DNA of 61,222 bases, filler included, from Chiloscyllium plagiosum (Eukaryota): NCBI RefSeq assembly GCF_004010195.1. It is 3 parts of one record of this genome, joined end to end, with 100 filler letters (N's around TTAATTAATTAA, not from the genome) between each part and the next. Parts side by side here need not be neighbours in the genome. Positions count along the whole stretch, not along the records: positions 1 to 30,965 come from NC_057712.1; 2 more parts are not named here. One strand, 5' to 3'. Below the pieces are notes generated by a model. It was not told the origin of the DNA and did no database searches. It saw only the letters and a list, made by a program, of their open reading frames with translations. Both the position numbers and the translations under genes were made by a program. Shown piece after piece: positions 1 through 12,609 of the stretch. Every line of letters starts with the position of its first letter. Position 1 is the stretch's first letter.

Positions 1-65
1 CATCCCCCCCAGCACAGACACACATCATCCCCAAACCAGCCCCATTCCCACTACACATACGCACA

Positions 66-93
66 CTCTCTCTCTCACACACACACACACACA
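66..93. repeat. (CT)n(CA)n microsatellite
   Basis: ctctctctctctcacacacacacacacaca read directly. Confidence 0.9.
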
Positions 94-959
94 GCAAAAA
101 ACAGTTGAGGTGCGTGCAGTGCACGGAAGAGCGATCGGTTTTTAATGCCACAAGATTTAAATATTGTTTTCTGGGCGCGTCAGGAATTGCATCGCCGCCA
201 GTGTCTGTCCACTCTCCCCCTCCCCGTGGCCACACCGCTTCCCCTGGCAGTTCAATGACACCTTTGTGTGGTGTTGAACAGGGAACGGGTGCAGGAACAC
301 AATCCGCTTGTCAACGCTCAGCGAGCCGCGGGTTCAATCACCTATTTTCGGGAGAGGAAGGGAGGAGATGGGTAATTTGGAGGGGGTGGAGGTGGTGAGA
401 GCCTGTCGCTGAAAGGACACACACACATATAAAAACACAAGTGATCAGCTCGAGAGAGGCCTGCACTGTCAGTCTGCATCATTCTCACATTGCCCGGACA
501 TTAATACTGCCAGTCACCCTCCCGCTGTCACAAGGGCTGGCCGCTTCCAATGCCGCCGTGGCCAATTGTGGAAGTTGCACTCAATAAATCTACGGCCGCC
601 GGGAGGGAATGAAGGGCTCGGGTTGTCACGAAAGCTGAACAATAATGCATTTAAAGCCACCAGGGCGGTTTACTGAAAGGTCTGGGAGGGACGGGGCATA
701 CAGAGCTCACCGCCTTCCCGTGCAGCTAGAGGCACGGTCTGGTCCCAATCTTTGCAGCAAGAAATTGGCTCTTGGTACGAAAAAAAGAGAGCGTGGTTAA
801 CCAGCACATGGCTGTGTTGGGGAAGGAGGGCTGGCTGCCGTTTGTGGGGATTCTGAAACGGTTAATTGGATATCAACGTTTCAAAATCAAAGTTTACTTT
901 GTGCGGGGCCAGGGAAAAGGAGAGTGTGTCAGGTAACCTGAGCTGTTCCTGGTGTGGAA

Positions 960-1203
960 GAGCCGGTGTGTTGGACTGGGGTGGACAAAGTTAAAAAAAA
1001 TCACACAACCTGCAACCCATTCTCAGCAATCTGGGTTTGTTCAATACATCGCATCAGTTGTCTGACATTTTGATTTTTTATTACAAATTCGGTATCCTCT
1101 GGTCCTGCCCCACTAGCTACCTGACGAAGGAGCAGCGCCCTGAAAGCTTGTATTTCCAAATACACCTGTTGGACTATAACCTGGTGTTGTTTGATTTTTA
1201 ACC
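960..1203. mobile_element. Short non-autonomous Penelope-like element (family B) with a hammerhead-like core
   Basis: CTGACGA-A-GGAGCAGCGCCCT-GAAAGCTT at 1121-1149, followed by cctgttggactataacctggtgttg. The same family recurs at 49730-49865. 962-1010 is the reverse complement of that family's 3' tail. Confidence 0.65.
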
Positions 1204-2549
1204 TGAATTATGAGGGTAATAGGGCTTCCCCAGCAGGTCCGGGGTTCAAGTCCTACCTGCTCCATCTCTGCACGGGTTGATGGAAAATATCGTGGAAAAA
1301 AAAATCATTGCGTTCAATAACATTGTCAAGGGCTGACGAGGACATTCGCTATCGTTGAGGTACAAGGGGTTAAAGGTCGGGATTTTTATGGAAAACGAAA
1401 ATGGTCCTTGGTCTGCACTGGGAACCGTGAATTCGGGGTGAGGCCGGACACTAGGTATCCTCCAACTCAATAAAACCATTTCAGTTAACTCCTTGTGTGC
1501 TGGACAGTTTGAAAACACCACCTCGATGAATCCAGGATCGGTCCTGCAGAGTAAATATTTAAACCGCAATCCCACAGGCACTGGGATTAACTCTGTATAA
1601 TACAGGATTTAAACAGAATGGATACCTTTGGTTACTCCATCAATATACCATCCCCAAGACACAGCCGGTAATGCCAATTGATCTTTTTAACTCTCAGATT
1701 CAATGTGGTGGTGGGGACAGATAGTAACTGTCTGCAGATTGGACACAGCCCCCAAAGGGTCACATTCGGTTGGGTTCAGTATTCAACACTTGTGCGGGGA
1801 AGCTCTCAATGTCGCGGCGAGATTGAACTGCGCATCATTCCAAGAGGAAATCGCGCCCCCACTGGCACTAGGAAGAGGGGAGGAGGCAAGGCGCTCAGAA
1901 AAACTGGCAACTGGACTGAACGAAGGCCGGATAGCTCCGGGTCCCAGTGCCCCTGTTCCTGAATCCAACGTTCCTTCATTGCTCAGCACAATGTCAGTGG
2001 GAAGGTAGGAGTATCATTTCCCGTTCTGAAATATTACCCTTACCGTCTCCACCGTCAGTGGGCACTGGTTTAGTTACACTGTACACTCAGATAGACAGTG
2101 CACATGGAATATATATGTACACAGACGTTGAACGCAAATCGGGTGGACATTCGACCCACACACAGAGAACACAACCAGTTGTATCCGGTTAGTCTGCCTA
2201 AAGCCTGGGACTCCTTGCTAACCCCGGAGAGTTCAAAACCACCCTCCGCCTGCTTTAATATTGAAATTCTTCTGTATCTCAAGTCTGGGATTAACGTGAA
2301 CCATCCCCGCCCACCTCATCCTTCCCTTCTCCCCTTCCCCAACCCTCTGCCCCCTCCCCATTACTTACCCCTCCCCTCTCTCCGTTTCCCACACCGCGCC
2401 CTCGTGTCGGGGAGGAAGAGGCAGGCACACACCACTCTCAAGCTCCTCTCCAGACAGTGGCAGCCTTTACCGGAGACAGCTGACAGGCGGCATGGCTGAC
2501 CTGTTCCAGTCACCCTCTCCACACCCTCTACATCGCCCATAGAGACTGG

Positions 2550-3435
2550 GTTCTCTCCCCCGGCACCTGTCAGCTTCACAGGTCACCACTGCAAACTCTC
2601 CCCGGGACCCGCAACACTGGCACTGGGACCCCTAACACAGCTCCCCTAACACTGGCACTGGGACCCCTAACACAGCTCCCCTAACACTGGCACTGGGACC
2701 CCTAACACTGGCACTGGGACTCCTAACTCTCTCCCCCGGCACCTGTCAGCTTCACAGGTCGCCACTGCAAACTCTCCCCGGGACCCGCAACACTGGCACT
2801 GGGACCCCTAACACTGGCACTGGGATCCGCAACACTGGCACTGGGATCCGCAACACTGGCACTAGGACCCCTAACACAGCTCCCCTAACACTGGCACTGG
2901 GACCCCTAACACAGCTCCCCTAATACTGGCACTGGGACCCCTAACACTGGCACTGGGACTCCTAACACAGCTCCCCTAACACTGGCACTGGGACCCCTAA
3001 CACTGGCACTGGGACCCCTAACACTGGCACTGGGACTCCTAACACAGCTCCCCTAACACTGGCACTGGGACTCCTAACACACCTCCCCTAACGCTGGCAC
3101 TGGGGCCCCTAACACTGGCAATGGGACTCCTAACACAGCTCCCCTAACGCTGGCACTGGGGCCCCTAACACTGGCACTGGGACTCCTAACACAGCTCCCC
3201 TAACACTGGCACTGGGACTCCTAACACAGCTCCCCTAACGCTGCCACTGGGACCCCTAACACTGGCACTGGGACTCCTAACACAGCTCCCCTAACACTGG
3301 CACTGGGACCCCTAACACAACTTCCCTAACGCTGGCACTGCGACCCTCAACACTGGCACTGGGACCCCTAACACACCTCCCCAACACAGTCCCCCAACTC
3401 TGGAAGTGGGACCCCCCAACACTGGCAGTGGGGCT
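2550..3435. repeat. Minisatellite: ~21-bp unit ccctaacactggcactgggac alternating with cctaacacagct
   Basis: Dozens of tandem units are visible. A ~90-bp block at ~2551-2640 recurs at ~2728-2815. Confidence 0.95.
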
Positions 3436-5113
3436 CCTCCTGCCATTCTCTTAACCGGAGCTCCGACCAGCCGCTGATTAAGCGGCTTCACTGCATCCAA
3501 GAGGCATCAGACAATGAACTCCATTGAAACCTTTCAAAGGAGAACACTTTCCCGCTTGGCTTTCTCCCAGCTTCTGTTGACATGAATGAACAGATGCTGG
3601 GGGTCGGCATTGGCATTTCCTGGGCGAGGGTGGTTGAGCTACCAGGATGCCGACCTGGGGAAGATGGTATCAATGAGGGCAAAGGCAGATAGAACCGTGG
3701 GGAGGTAGTGGTCAGTCAAACCGTGTGATCACTGCGGCTCTCAGCCTATGGGGCTTAGGGAGGCTGAAGAGTTCATTACAATCATCGTTTTTAAAGATGT
3801 GTACCGTGGAATGAAGGCCGGGTGCAGGGAAGGGGGGGCGGGGGGACGGGAGCTTCAAACAACCTCCTCGTCTTCCAGCAGTTACTCATTTCCATGAAAC
3901 ATCGCAGCTCGCTTCACAAAAAGTGATATCAAATCACGTCTACCACCAAAAATCACCCAGGGGCGGTTTATTTTTCTGTGTGTTTGGCTCGGCTGACCCA
4001 AGATTTGGTCAGAGAGGTGAGACTTAAGGCCACCTTTAAAGCCTCTCCTCTCCGATTATTTACAGTATGTACAGCCCAGAGCTGCTCAAACCAAGCACTC
4101 AAGTAAGCATTGCTGGAATCAAGATTATTATTTCTATAAAAACACACACGTAGGCTAGAGGCAAGTGTTGCAAAAGTAATAAAGTACGTATCAAACACAT
4201 AACTTAATCTGTCCGTGGAAGCTACAATTTAAAGCAAACGCGTAATTCGATCTGTATCCACTGAGGAACCGTTAGAATTACTCTGTTAGAACGAACCGCG
4301 TTGATTACAATTGAAAAGAAAGTAGCGATGGGTCTGCTGTCGGGCCAGAGATACATCAGGACTGAATTCAGCCCCCACATTCAAATATCATACTCTCGTT
4401 CTCCAAAGGGATCATCTGTCTGCAGAGACTGTGGGTCTCCAGACAGCAGAAATACTAGGTTGTCTCTTTGCATGTAACAGAACACACACACACGCACGCT
4501 CAACTTAAATATCGAACCGAACTGAAAACTGAGCACAGACCCTAGCAGCTCTTGTAAACCTCTCTCGCAGCACCCCCCCCCCCCACCCCATTGCCAGTTA
4601 TTGCAATGTCTGCCAATCTTGCAACATAACTGGAAGATGAAAAAAATTAACAAATGTCCTGCGTGAAAGAAAGAGCTCGAGAGAATATTCGCAAAATCAT
4701 GGGAATCTAGCGGGAAGGAAAAGCAAAGATCACGAACGTATTCTCTTTCCCCGCAACATGACTCTCCCAGAACCTCAGGCAAACGTTTCAATTTAATAGC
4801 AAACCTCTGCACCAACGGCCCTGGATGGACTGTCTTTCAATGATTTCTCAGCGCAGATATATGTTTTACCGAATACACGACCCCGCAACTTTTTTTCCCT
4901 GCAAGTGACTCATTCAAGAAAAGACTCTGAGAGAGGGAGTAGACTCTCGCTGACTCTCCCCTCCGGTCTGTGAGGCAGCAAGACGCGAATAACAAACAGC
5001 ATTGTCACAAACTTTACATCATAACGTTGCCACGAGTGGGGCAGCTTCGCTGATGTTTCTCTGGTGAAAATAAAACTGTCGCAATCTGCATTTCATGCGT
5101 TGTAAGTACTTAC

Positions 5114-5400
5114 ACTCAAATCATTTCTATTGGATTTCTTTCCAGTTTTTTTTCCCCTCCTGCCTGCTGGACAAGTCACCCAGATTTCCAAGAGGAGAAC
5201 AGAAGGAGAAGGGGGGGGGGGAAGAGTTTTTTTTTAAATTTAAATAGATCCTTGGAAGTCTGTCAGAAGTTGTAAGAGGAAGGACACGTTTTGTTTGCAA
5301 AGCTTCCACTTCTCAGATTGAGCCGGCGCCGCTGGTTTGCTTCCCACTAGCGTTCTCCCAGCTCTCTCTCTCTCTGACATTGGATTGTTTTCACTTTTTT
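5114..5400 (-). other. Putative non-coding first exon of a gene divergent from KIF6 (DAAM2 is a candidate by synteny only)
   Basis: Minus-strand GTAAGT donor (acttac at 5108-5113) just downstream of a promoter motif cluster. CpG-containing, repeat-poor sequence. No convincing coding frame. 5' boundary is a guess. Confidence 0.4.
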
Positions 5401-5419
5401 TGAGACGCCTTCAATCAGA

Positions 5420-5552
5420 CTTGGACGTCACTCGTCCATCGCAACCAAACACAAACCACAAAACTGAAGGGAGCTCAGCACTGGCGCTGGCCAATTAGCT
5501 GAGCGGTTGCTGTTTCCAAGATACGCGGCGAGGCATTTTGGGAGTAGTAGTT
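5420..5552. promoter_or_regulatory. Promoter motif cluster: CRE-like GACGTCA (5424-5430), CCAAT (5491-5495), X-box-like GTTTCCAAGATAC (5512-5524), ZNF143/SBS-like site (5532-5552)
   Basis: The reverse complement of 5532-5552 is AACTACTACTCCCAAAATGCC, close to the ACTACAnnTCCCAnnATGC consensus. The cluster lies at the boundary between CpG-containing and repeat-rich DNA. Confidence 0.6.
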
Positions 5553-6154
5553 TTCTTTTATTCTTTCACTGTTGTTGAAGACATCCTATTCATTTGTTTT
5601 TCAAGAAAAAGATATTCAGAGAGTTTTAGTGCGCTTTCATTGATTCTGATTTAAAATGTGGGCCTCACTGAATATGTGTGTGTTGAAAAAAAATTCAAAT
5701 TGTAAATGATCTGAGGGTAAATTACAGCAGTCCCGTGTGGTTAGTTGGGAATATAGATGTGGCCACTGTCATTTTGCTTGTGTAGACTGAAAAAAAACAA
5801 TTGAATGAAATCGTTCTTGGGTATGTGATTTGAGCAACGTACCTGGTAAATGTGTATCAAACTGTTCATCTGTCGCAAATATTGAACAGTGTTCAGCAGT
5901 TCATTCAAAGCTCCTCAGATACTGAAATTGATAATGCCCAAATGCTGCAAGATCCAGACAATATCTGGGCTTGAGCTGACAAATGGCAAGTAACATTACC
6001 ACCACACAATGCCAGGCAATGAACATCTCCAATAAGAGACAGTTTACTCACCTCCCCTTGACATTAAATGGAATTACCATCACTGAATCCCCTATATTCT
6101 GGCGTTACTATTAACCAGAAACTCAACTGGACTCTTATAAAAATGCAGTGGCTT

Positions 6155-7845
6155 AACTTTTATCTGAGACTGTGTCCCCTGGGTTTAGACCTCACAACCA
6201 AAGAGAATATCCTTTCTGCAGATACTCTGTCACTTTAAAAATGTTGTAAGTTTTTCTGAGTTCATCTTCAATTCTTATAAACTCCAGATAATACAGATCC
6301 AATCTCCTCTGTCTCTCCTCAAAGGACAGTTTGACCAACCCAGAATGTTCTGGTGAGCTTCTGTTGCACATCCTCTACGCCAAGTTTATCCTTCCTTAAG
6401 CAAAAGGACCACAAACACACACACTATTCTAGATGTCATCTCACCAGAGGTTTACAATTTCAGCAAGATGTCTTTGTTCCTGTACCCAAACACTGTTGTG
6501 CTAAAAATTAACATACCATTCATTTTCTGAATTTCTTGTTCAATCTTCACGTTAGCTTTCAATGAATTAGGCACAAGGAACATATATCCCTTTCTGTATC
6601 AAAACTTTCTAATCTTTCACCATTTAAGAAATATGCTGTTTCTTTATTCTTCTGACCAAAGTGGGTAACTTCACACTTTTTTTTGAGGTCTACAGCATGA
6701 AACCAGGCCCTTCGGCCCACCCTGTCTATGCTGCCCAGTTTTCACATTTAAGTTAGTCCCATTTGTCTGTGTTTGGTCCAAATCCCTTCATACCTATCCC
6801 ATCTACATACCTGTAAAAATTTTCTTAAATGATGAAATTGTACTCGCTTCCACCGCTACCCCTGGCAGCCCATTTCAGACACTCAGCACCCATGTGTGTG
6901 AAAATATTGCCCCTCTGGACCCTTTTGTATCTTTCTCCTTTCACCTCAAATCTATGCCATTCAGCTTTAGATTCCCTTACCATGGGGAAAAGCTGTTGGC
7001 TATCTGCCTTATTAACCCAAATAATATTTTTCACTGTCCGCTATACCACCAATTCTGGGGTCATTCACAAACTTACTAGCCATGCTTTCTAAACTCTCAT
7101 CCAAATCATTTAGATTAGATTAGATTCCCTACAGTATGGAAACAGGCCCTCCGGCCCAACATGTCCACACCGACCCTCCGGTAAGTAACCCACCCAAATC
7201 CATTCTCTTATATTTACCCCTGATTAATGCACCTATCACTACGGGCAATTCAGCATGGCCAATTCACCTGACCTGCACAACTTTGGAGTGTGGAAGGAAA
7301 CAGGAGCACCTGGCTGAGAGCCACGCAGACATAGGGAGAATGTGCAAATGACAAATAACAGTGGACCCAGCACCGATCCCTGTGTCACACTACTGATCAC
7401 AGGCCTCCAGTCTGAAAAACAACACTCCACCACCATCCTCTGTCTTCTACAGTCAAGCCAATTTTGTATCCAATTGGTCAGCTTTCCATGGATCCCATGA
7501 CATTTAACCTTACTTAACAACATTCTATGCAGTACCTTGTCAAAGGCCTTTGTATAGTCCACATATACAATGTCTACTGCACTGCCCTCATCTACCTTCT
7601 TGGTCATCCCTTCAAAAAACTCAATCAAATTTCCCATGCATAAGGCCATGCTGATTATTGCAAATGATTCCTTGTCTCCCCAAATGTTTGTAGATCATGT
7701 CACTCAGAAGCCCTTGAACAACTTACTCACCACAGACATTAGGCTCACCCATCTGTAATTCGCAGGCATTTCCCTGCAGCCTTTCTTAAATAGTGGGACA
7801 ACATTAACCACCGTCCAATCTTCAGGCACTTCACCTGTGGCTTTG
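6155..7845 (-). mobile_element. Stacked CR1 LINE fragments (3' ends and RT region)
   Basis: ORF 7239-7649 reads NLIEFFEGMTKKVDEGSAVDIVYVDYTKAFDKV...QGSVLGPLLF. ORF 6825-7034 resembles the CR1 ORF2 C-terminus. Confidence 0.85.
7110..7348 (-). mobile_element. HE1-type SINE, 5'-truncated, inserted in a CR1
   Basis: (tagat)n tail; body homologous to the full copy at 34553-34869. Confidence 0.85.
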
Positions 7846-8414
7846 TGGTGTTTATTTTTTAAAAACAGATCTGCTTTTAAAGTGAATGGGTTTTGTGCAC
7901 CATTAATGGACATTTATTTATCTTAGATTGCTTTGACACCTAGAAAGGTAAACAATGGAGCCCCAGTTTGTTTCAGAGGGTTGGAAAAGATTTTTTTTAT
8001 TTAAGGGAAACATCCAAAACTTAGAGATGGGAGATTTTTAGTTTCAATTTTTTCCACTCTGTGTTGCAGTCCTGTGAAGTCCTTGAAATAGGATGGCTAT
8101 ATAGACCAATGCTCCTGAGAAGTGATGAACAAAGTCAGATGGGAGTGAAGAGTTCCTGGTTGTCCCAGACCAGAAGTGTTGGAATAAAACCCCAAGAGGT
8201 TACTGAAAGTTAAGTACATTGAAACCCAGGCGTGTGGTAACTCCAGGAAGAATCTGCAGTTCTAGTCTAAAGATTGACTGAAGTGTTGGATGCAGGAACT
8301 CTTGTGCAAGTATTGTACAAGTGGTATTTTGGGTACTGTACTGGGGTATATAATGGATATTATACAAAAACTGCACTGTTACTAATTTTAGCTTAAGCTA
8401 TGGCGAGAGATTAT

Positions 8415-8835
8415 ATTAATCTGGCCTGTTTTCTCTAGAATTTAGAAGGTAAGGGGTGATCTAATCAAAGTCTTCAAGATATTAACAGGAAAGGAGAGAG
8501 TAAATAAAGATAAACTATTTCCCCTAGATAGAGATTCTACAACTAAGGGGCATAGTCTGAGAATTAGGGCCACATAGTTCAGGAGAGATGTTGGGAAGCA
8601 CCTCTGCTGACAAAGGCTCATCTATGTTTGGAACTCTCTTTCACAAATGAAAGTGGATGCAGCATCAGTTAATTTTAAATCTGAGATAGATAAATTTTTG
8701 TTTAGCAAAGGTATTAACGGATATGGGCCAAAGGCAGATAACTCGAAGTAGGCCACAGATCAATCATGATCAAACTGAATGGTGGAACAGATTCAATGAC
8801 TAAATAATCTACTCTTGTTCCTGTTCCTATGTTCC
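8415..8835 (+). mobile_element. CR1 LINE 3' fragment
   Basis: agaaggtaaggggtgatctaatcaaagtcttcaagat (RR..GDLI.VFKI-like) and a ttcctatgttcct tail. Confidence 0.75.
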
Positions 8836-9077
8836 TATTTTCTGTCTATAAATTACAGCTGGTGATCTCACCAGGGAGATACTTAAGGTATTTATTTACC
8901 ATTTTATGTCTGTTGCGAGAAGGAATTGGTAACATGTTTATTTTATCTTTGATAGTTAACACATCTGTCAGTATAACAGAAAGAAAAATATCAGATAACC
9001 CCATTAGCAGTTGCTCAGTATTAGCCACCAAAGTAATTTTTAGATTATTATTCCTGATCAATTTGAAATCTTGCCAG

Positions 9078-9510
9078 TTTCAATTCTGGTCTCCCTGCAA
9101 CAGGAAGGAGGCTGTGAAACTTGAAAAGATTTACAAGAAGACTGAGGGGTGACCTTACAGAGGCTTATAAAACCATGAGGGTAAATAGACAAGATCTTTT
9201 CACTGGGGTGGGGGAGTCCAAAACTAGTGGGCATAGGTTTAAGGTGAGAGGAGAAAGATTTGAAAGGGACTTAAGGAGCAAATTTTTACACAGAGGTTGG
9301 TGCATGTATAGAGTGAGTTGCCAGAGGAAGTGGTGGAGGCTGGTACAATTACAACATTTAAAAGGCATCTGGATGGGTATATGCATAGAGTTGAGAGGGA
9401 TATGGGTCAAATGCTGGCAAATGTAACTAGATTAATTTAGGATATCTGGTCTGCATTGACGAGTTGGACTGAAGGGTCTGTACAGCTGTACAGCTCTATA
9501 ACTCTATAAC
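9078..9510 (+). mobile_element. CR1 (HER1-like) LINE 3' fragment
   Basis: RLRGDLTEAYKTMR...GHRFKVRGERF followed by a (ctctataa)n tail. Confidence 0.9.
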
Positions 9511-11169
9511 TAGCTAATATTATGCAGTGTTTATTTCAATGAATGCAGGCAACAGAATGCTCAGTCAGTCAAAGTGAACATACTGGGTTTTATGAATCAA
9601 AACTTTGAGATGAGCAGGGCCATATTTAGGCAAAAAATATTAAACTCAAAGAAACAGGAAACAAAAGTTTGGTTCTCGACCATGATACAGTTGCTAGTGG
9701 CACAGAATCTAGTACACTGGATAGAGTAAAAAGTAGTAAGTCACTGCATATTGTACATTTGCTGCATTATCTTTCAAGGTCGATATGAAATGGATGAAAC
9801 AATCTCACAGTGTTCTTGCAGTTTGTGACATCACCTCAGCAAGTCACTATCATGTAACATTTTCCAAACTAAGTGCAATCATCTGTGTAACACTCTCCAC
9901 CAGGTTACCTTATTTGTAATATTACTCCCACCCACAGATTATCATATGTGTAACACACTCCAGCAATGCTATTCTTTGTAGTGTTCCCCAGGTCCTCTTT
10001 TATAACAACAACTTGTATTCATTAAGTAACAGCTTTGATATCCTAAAACATCCTGAGGCACTTCATGTAATCAGACAAAAATTGACGCTAAGCCAAAGAA
10101 GGAGTGAACCATGGCTCAGTTGTAACATTCCTGCCTCAGTTTTAGTGGGTTGTCATGTCTGGCTGCAGAAACGTCTCACAGTCCAGAGCAGTACTGAGTG
10201 AGGGCTACACTATCAAGGTGCAATCTTTCAAAACAAGATGGTAAACTGAAGTCCTGATTGGTCTTGGTCTCTCGCATTGCTGTAAAGGATTCCATAGAAC
10301 TGTTTTTAAGTGCAGCAGGGAATGTCCTTGTTGCTCTAATATTTATCCCTCAAAGAACATTGCTGCAATAACTGAGATCTGATCATTGTCACATTACTGT
10401 TTGTGGATCTTTGCTGTCTGCAAACTGGCCTCTGTGCTTCCTATGTTACAAATGTGCCTGCACTTCAGAAAGTATTTCATTGTCTGTAAAATGCCTTAAG
10501 AAGTCTGAGATTATTAAAGGTACCGTATTATCAAAAAAAGCTATCATATTATCAAAGCTTTTCTTTTTATTAAGAATGGTAACCAGAAAGATGAGGCAAA
10601 GAGTTAAGTTGCATTATGCAAGACATCCAATCTGTGAATTAGTGAGAGTATACAATTGACGACTCAATATAGCTGCATTGGATATACTTGATTCCGTATG
10701 ATTGCATAGTGTAAGATGTACTTCGTGGTATATTTGCCCCGAAGTAGGACGAATGGAAAAAAGACAAAATAACAAAAAAAATGGCAGCATGCACATTATT
10801 ATAACTGGGTGTGGCAGCATGACGTGGAAAAATGAACATTTGAAACACCCTTCCTTTTCTTCAAATTTTTTCAAGGCAATTTCCCAACTCTAATTTCCTC
10901 TAAGAAGATGATAGTGAGCTGCATTCTTGAATGACTGCAGTCCATGTGTTGGAAGGAGTGCTAATCAAATGGATTTCTTTGTATTGAATGTTGTTGAGCT
11001 TCTTGAGTGTTGCTTGAAATGTACCAATCCAGGCAAATGGAAGTACAAACATGCACATTAGGAGCAGGTATAAAGCATGTAGCCCCTAAGTAATGCATAA
11101 TGTTATTCACTTATGCCTTAGAGATTCTGGTTAGGGTTTGAGGAGTCAGAAGGTGAGTTATTTATCACA

Positions 11170-11273
11170 TTTCCTGATTTTCCTGAAGAAGGGCTTATGC
11201 CCGAAACGTCGATTCTCCTGCTCCTTGGATGCTGCCTGACCTGCTGCGCTTTTCCAGCAACACATTTTTCAGC
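11170..11273 (+). mobile_element. Short PLE-derived element (family A), single arm
   Basis: Flanked by ttatt[t/c]atcaca at 11158-11169 and 11274-11285; contains the hammerhead core. Confidence 0.8.
11183..11210 (+). ncRNA. Minimal type I hammerhead ribozyme motif
   Basis: CTGAAGA-A-GGGC(TTAT)GCCC-GAAAC-GTC: conserved core, 4-bp stem II, palindromic ACGT stem III and a GUC triplet. Helix I is weak. Confidence 0.7.
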
Positions 11274-11516
11274 TTATTCATCACAGAATTCCAAATCCGT
11301 GACCTTCTCTTGTAGCCACAGTATTTATATTGCTGGTCTAGCTATATCTTTGATCAATGGAAATTTCCAGGATGTTCATGGTGGCAGACATTTTGACGGC
11401 AATGCTATTGAACATCATAAGGAAATGTTAGAGTCTCTCTTTTTTGAGATGGTCATTTCCTATTCTATGGCATGAGAATGACTGTACTTGGCACCTTTCA
11501 TCTCAATCATAAATAT

Positions 11517-12131
11517 TGTTATGGATCAGGCCAGACCCCTCAAAACATTTCAAGAAGGTTGCCCAGACTCTAACTTTGCTAACTAAGCAGGTGTAGAGTG
11601 GATATTCCAGGACAGAATCAGCTGGTCAAACCACTTAGTTTTAAACAAAATTGAATTTATTTACGAGATTACAGAATAAAACACAAACAATAGAAAACAG
11701 AATACCTTACCCAATCTGAAAACCCAACAGACTATCCCAGTTTAATGATGCTGTTCCAAATACTTGCAACAGTCCCCATAAGCACCCCTTGGCACAAAAG
11801 GTAAAATCAAACTCAAGTTCTTACAGGATAGAAGTCAGATAGAGATTACCAGCCTGGACCTGTTTCTTTGGGTCCAACAGCCTTTCTTCACACTACTGCT
11901 AAAAAAAACAAACCAGAGAAAAGCTGAACTGGGAGGACTGGCCACTCCCCTTTCATTGTACAAGTGTTTTTTTTAACTTGAAAGCCTTCTTCTGAGGTAG
12001 TATCTGTTAGCTGTTATCAAATTGCCCCTAAAACCATATATCTCAGACTTTTCGGAGTCTGTGTAGTTTACGATCTCTCCAAAAAAAAATCCAAGGACTA
12101 CATAACCTTGTTAAAGGAGCAGCTTGTCACA
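11517..12131. mobile_element. Solo LTR (probably Gypsy-type)
   Basis: TGTTA...TCACA termini, 615 bp, flanked by a 4-bp ATAT duplication (11513-11516, 12132-12135). No coding content. Confidence 0.75.
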
Positions 12132-12609
12132 ATATCATTTGGGTCTTGCTGAAAAAGAGCACAGAAATCCTCAAAGTCTGAGACAATACTGAGCATTGTG
12201 TAATGATCTGTGAACATTCCCATTTCTGCCTTGATAATGGATGGAAGATCATTGATGAAGCAGCTGAAAGTAGTTGAGTCTAGTACAGTACCCTGGAATT
12301 AGCCTCTTTTGGTGCAATGGTATTGTACCTACCTCTGAGCCAGAAGGCTGGAGTTCAAGGCCCACCTATTTGAGAGGTTTGTCACAATATCCCTGAACAG
12401 GTTGATTAGGAAAATACCTACTCCTGCAGTAATGTCCTGAGACTGAAATGCTGGGCTTTCAACAGCCACAACCATCTTCCCTTATGCTTGGTATGACTCC
12501 AACCAGCAGAGAGATTCCTATTTACTTAAATTTTAAAAGAGCTCCTTGAAGCCACACTCACTCATATTCTGTCTTGATGTCAAAAGTAGTCACTTGCACC
12601 TTTGAAGCA

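Noticed and set aside
1246..2500. Several 90-130 aa ORFs in the repeat-poor first 2.5 kb
   Set aside because: No recognisable domains or consistent splice signals; lengths are compatible with chance in GC-richer DNA.
2600..3430. CRISPR-like array
   Set aside because: No unique spacers, no cas genes and a vertebrate context; it is a minisatellite.
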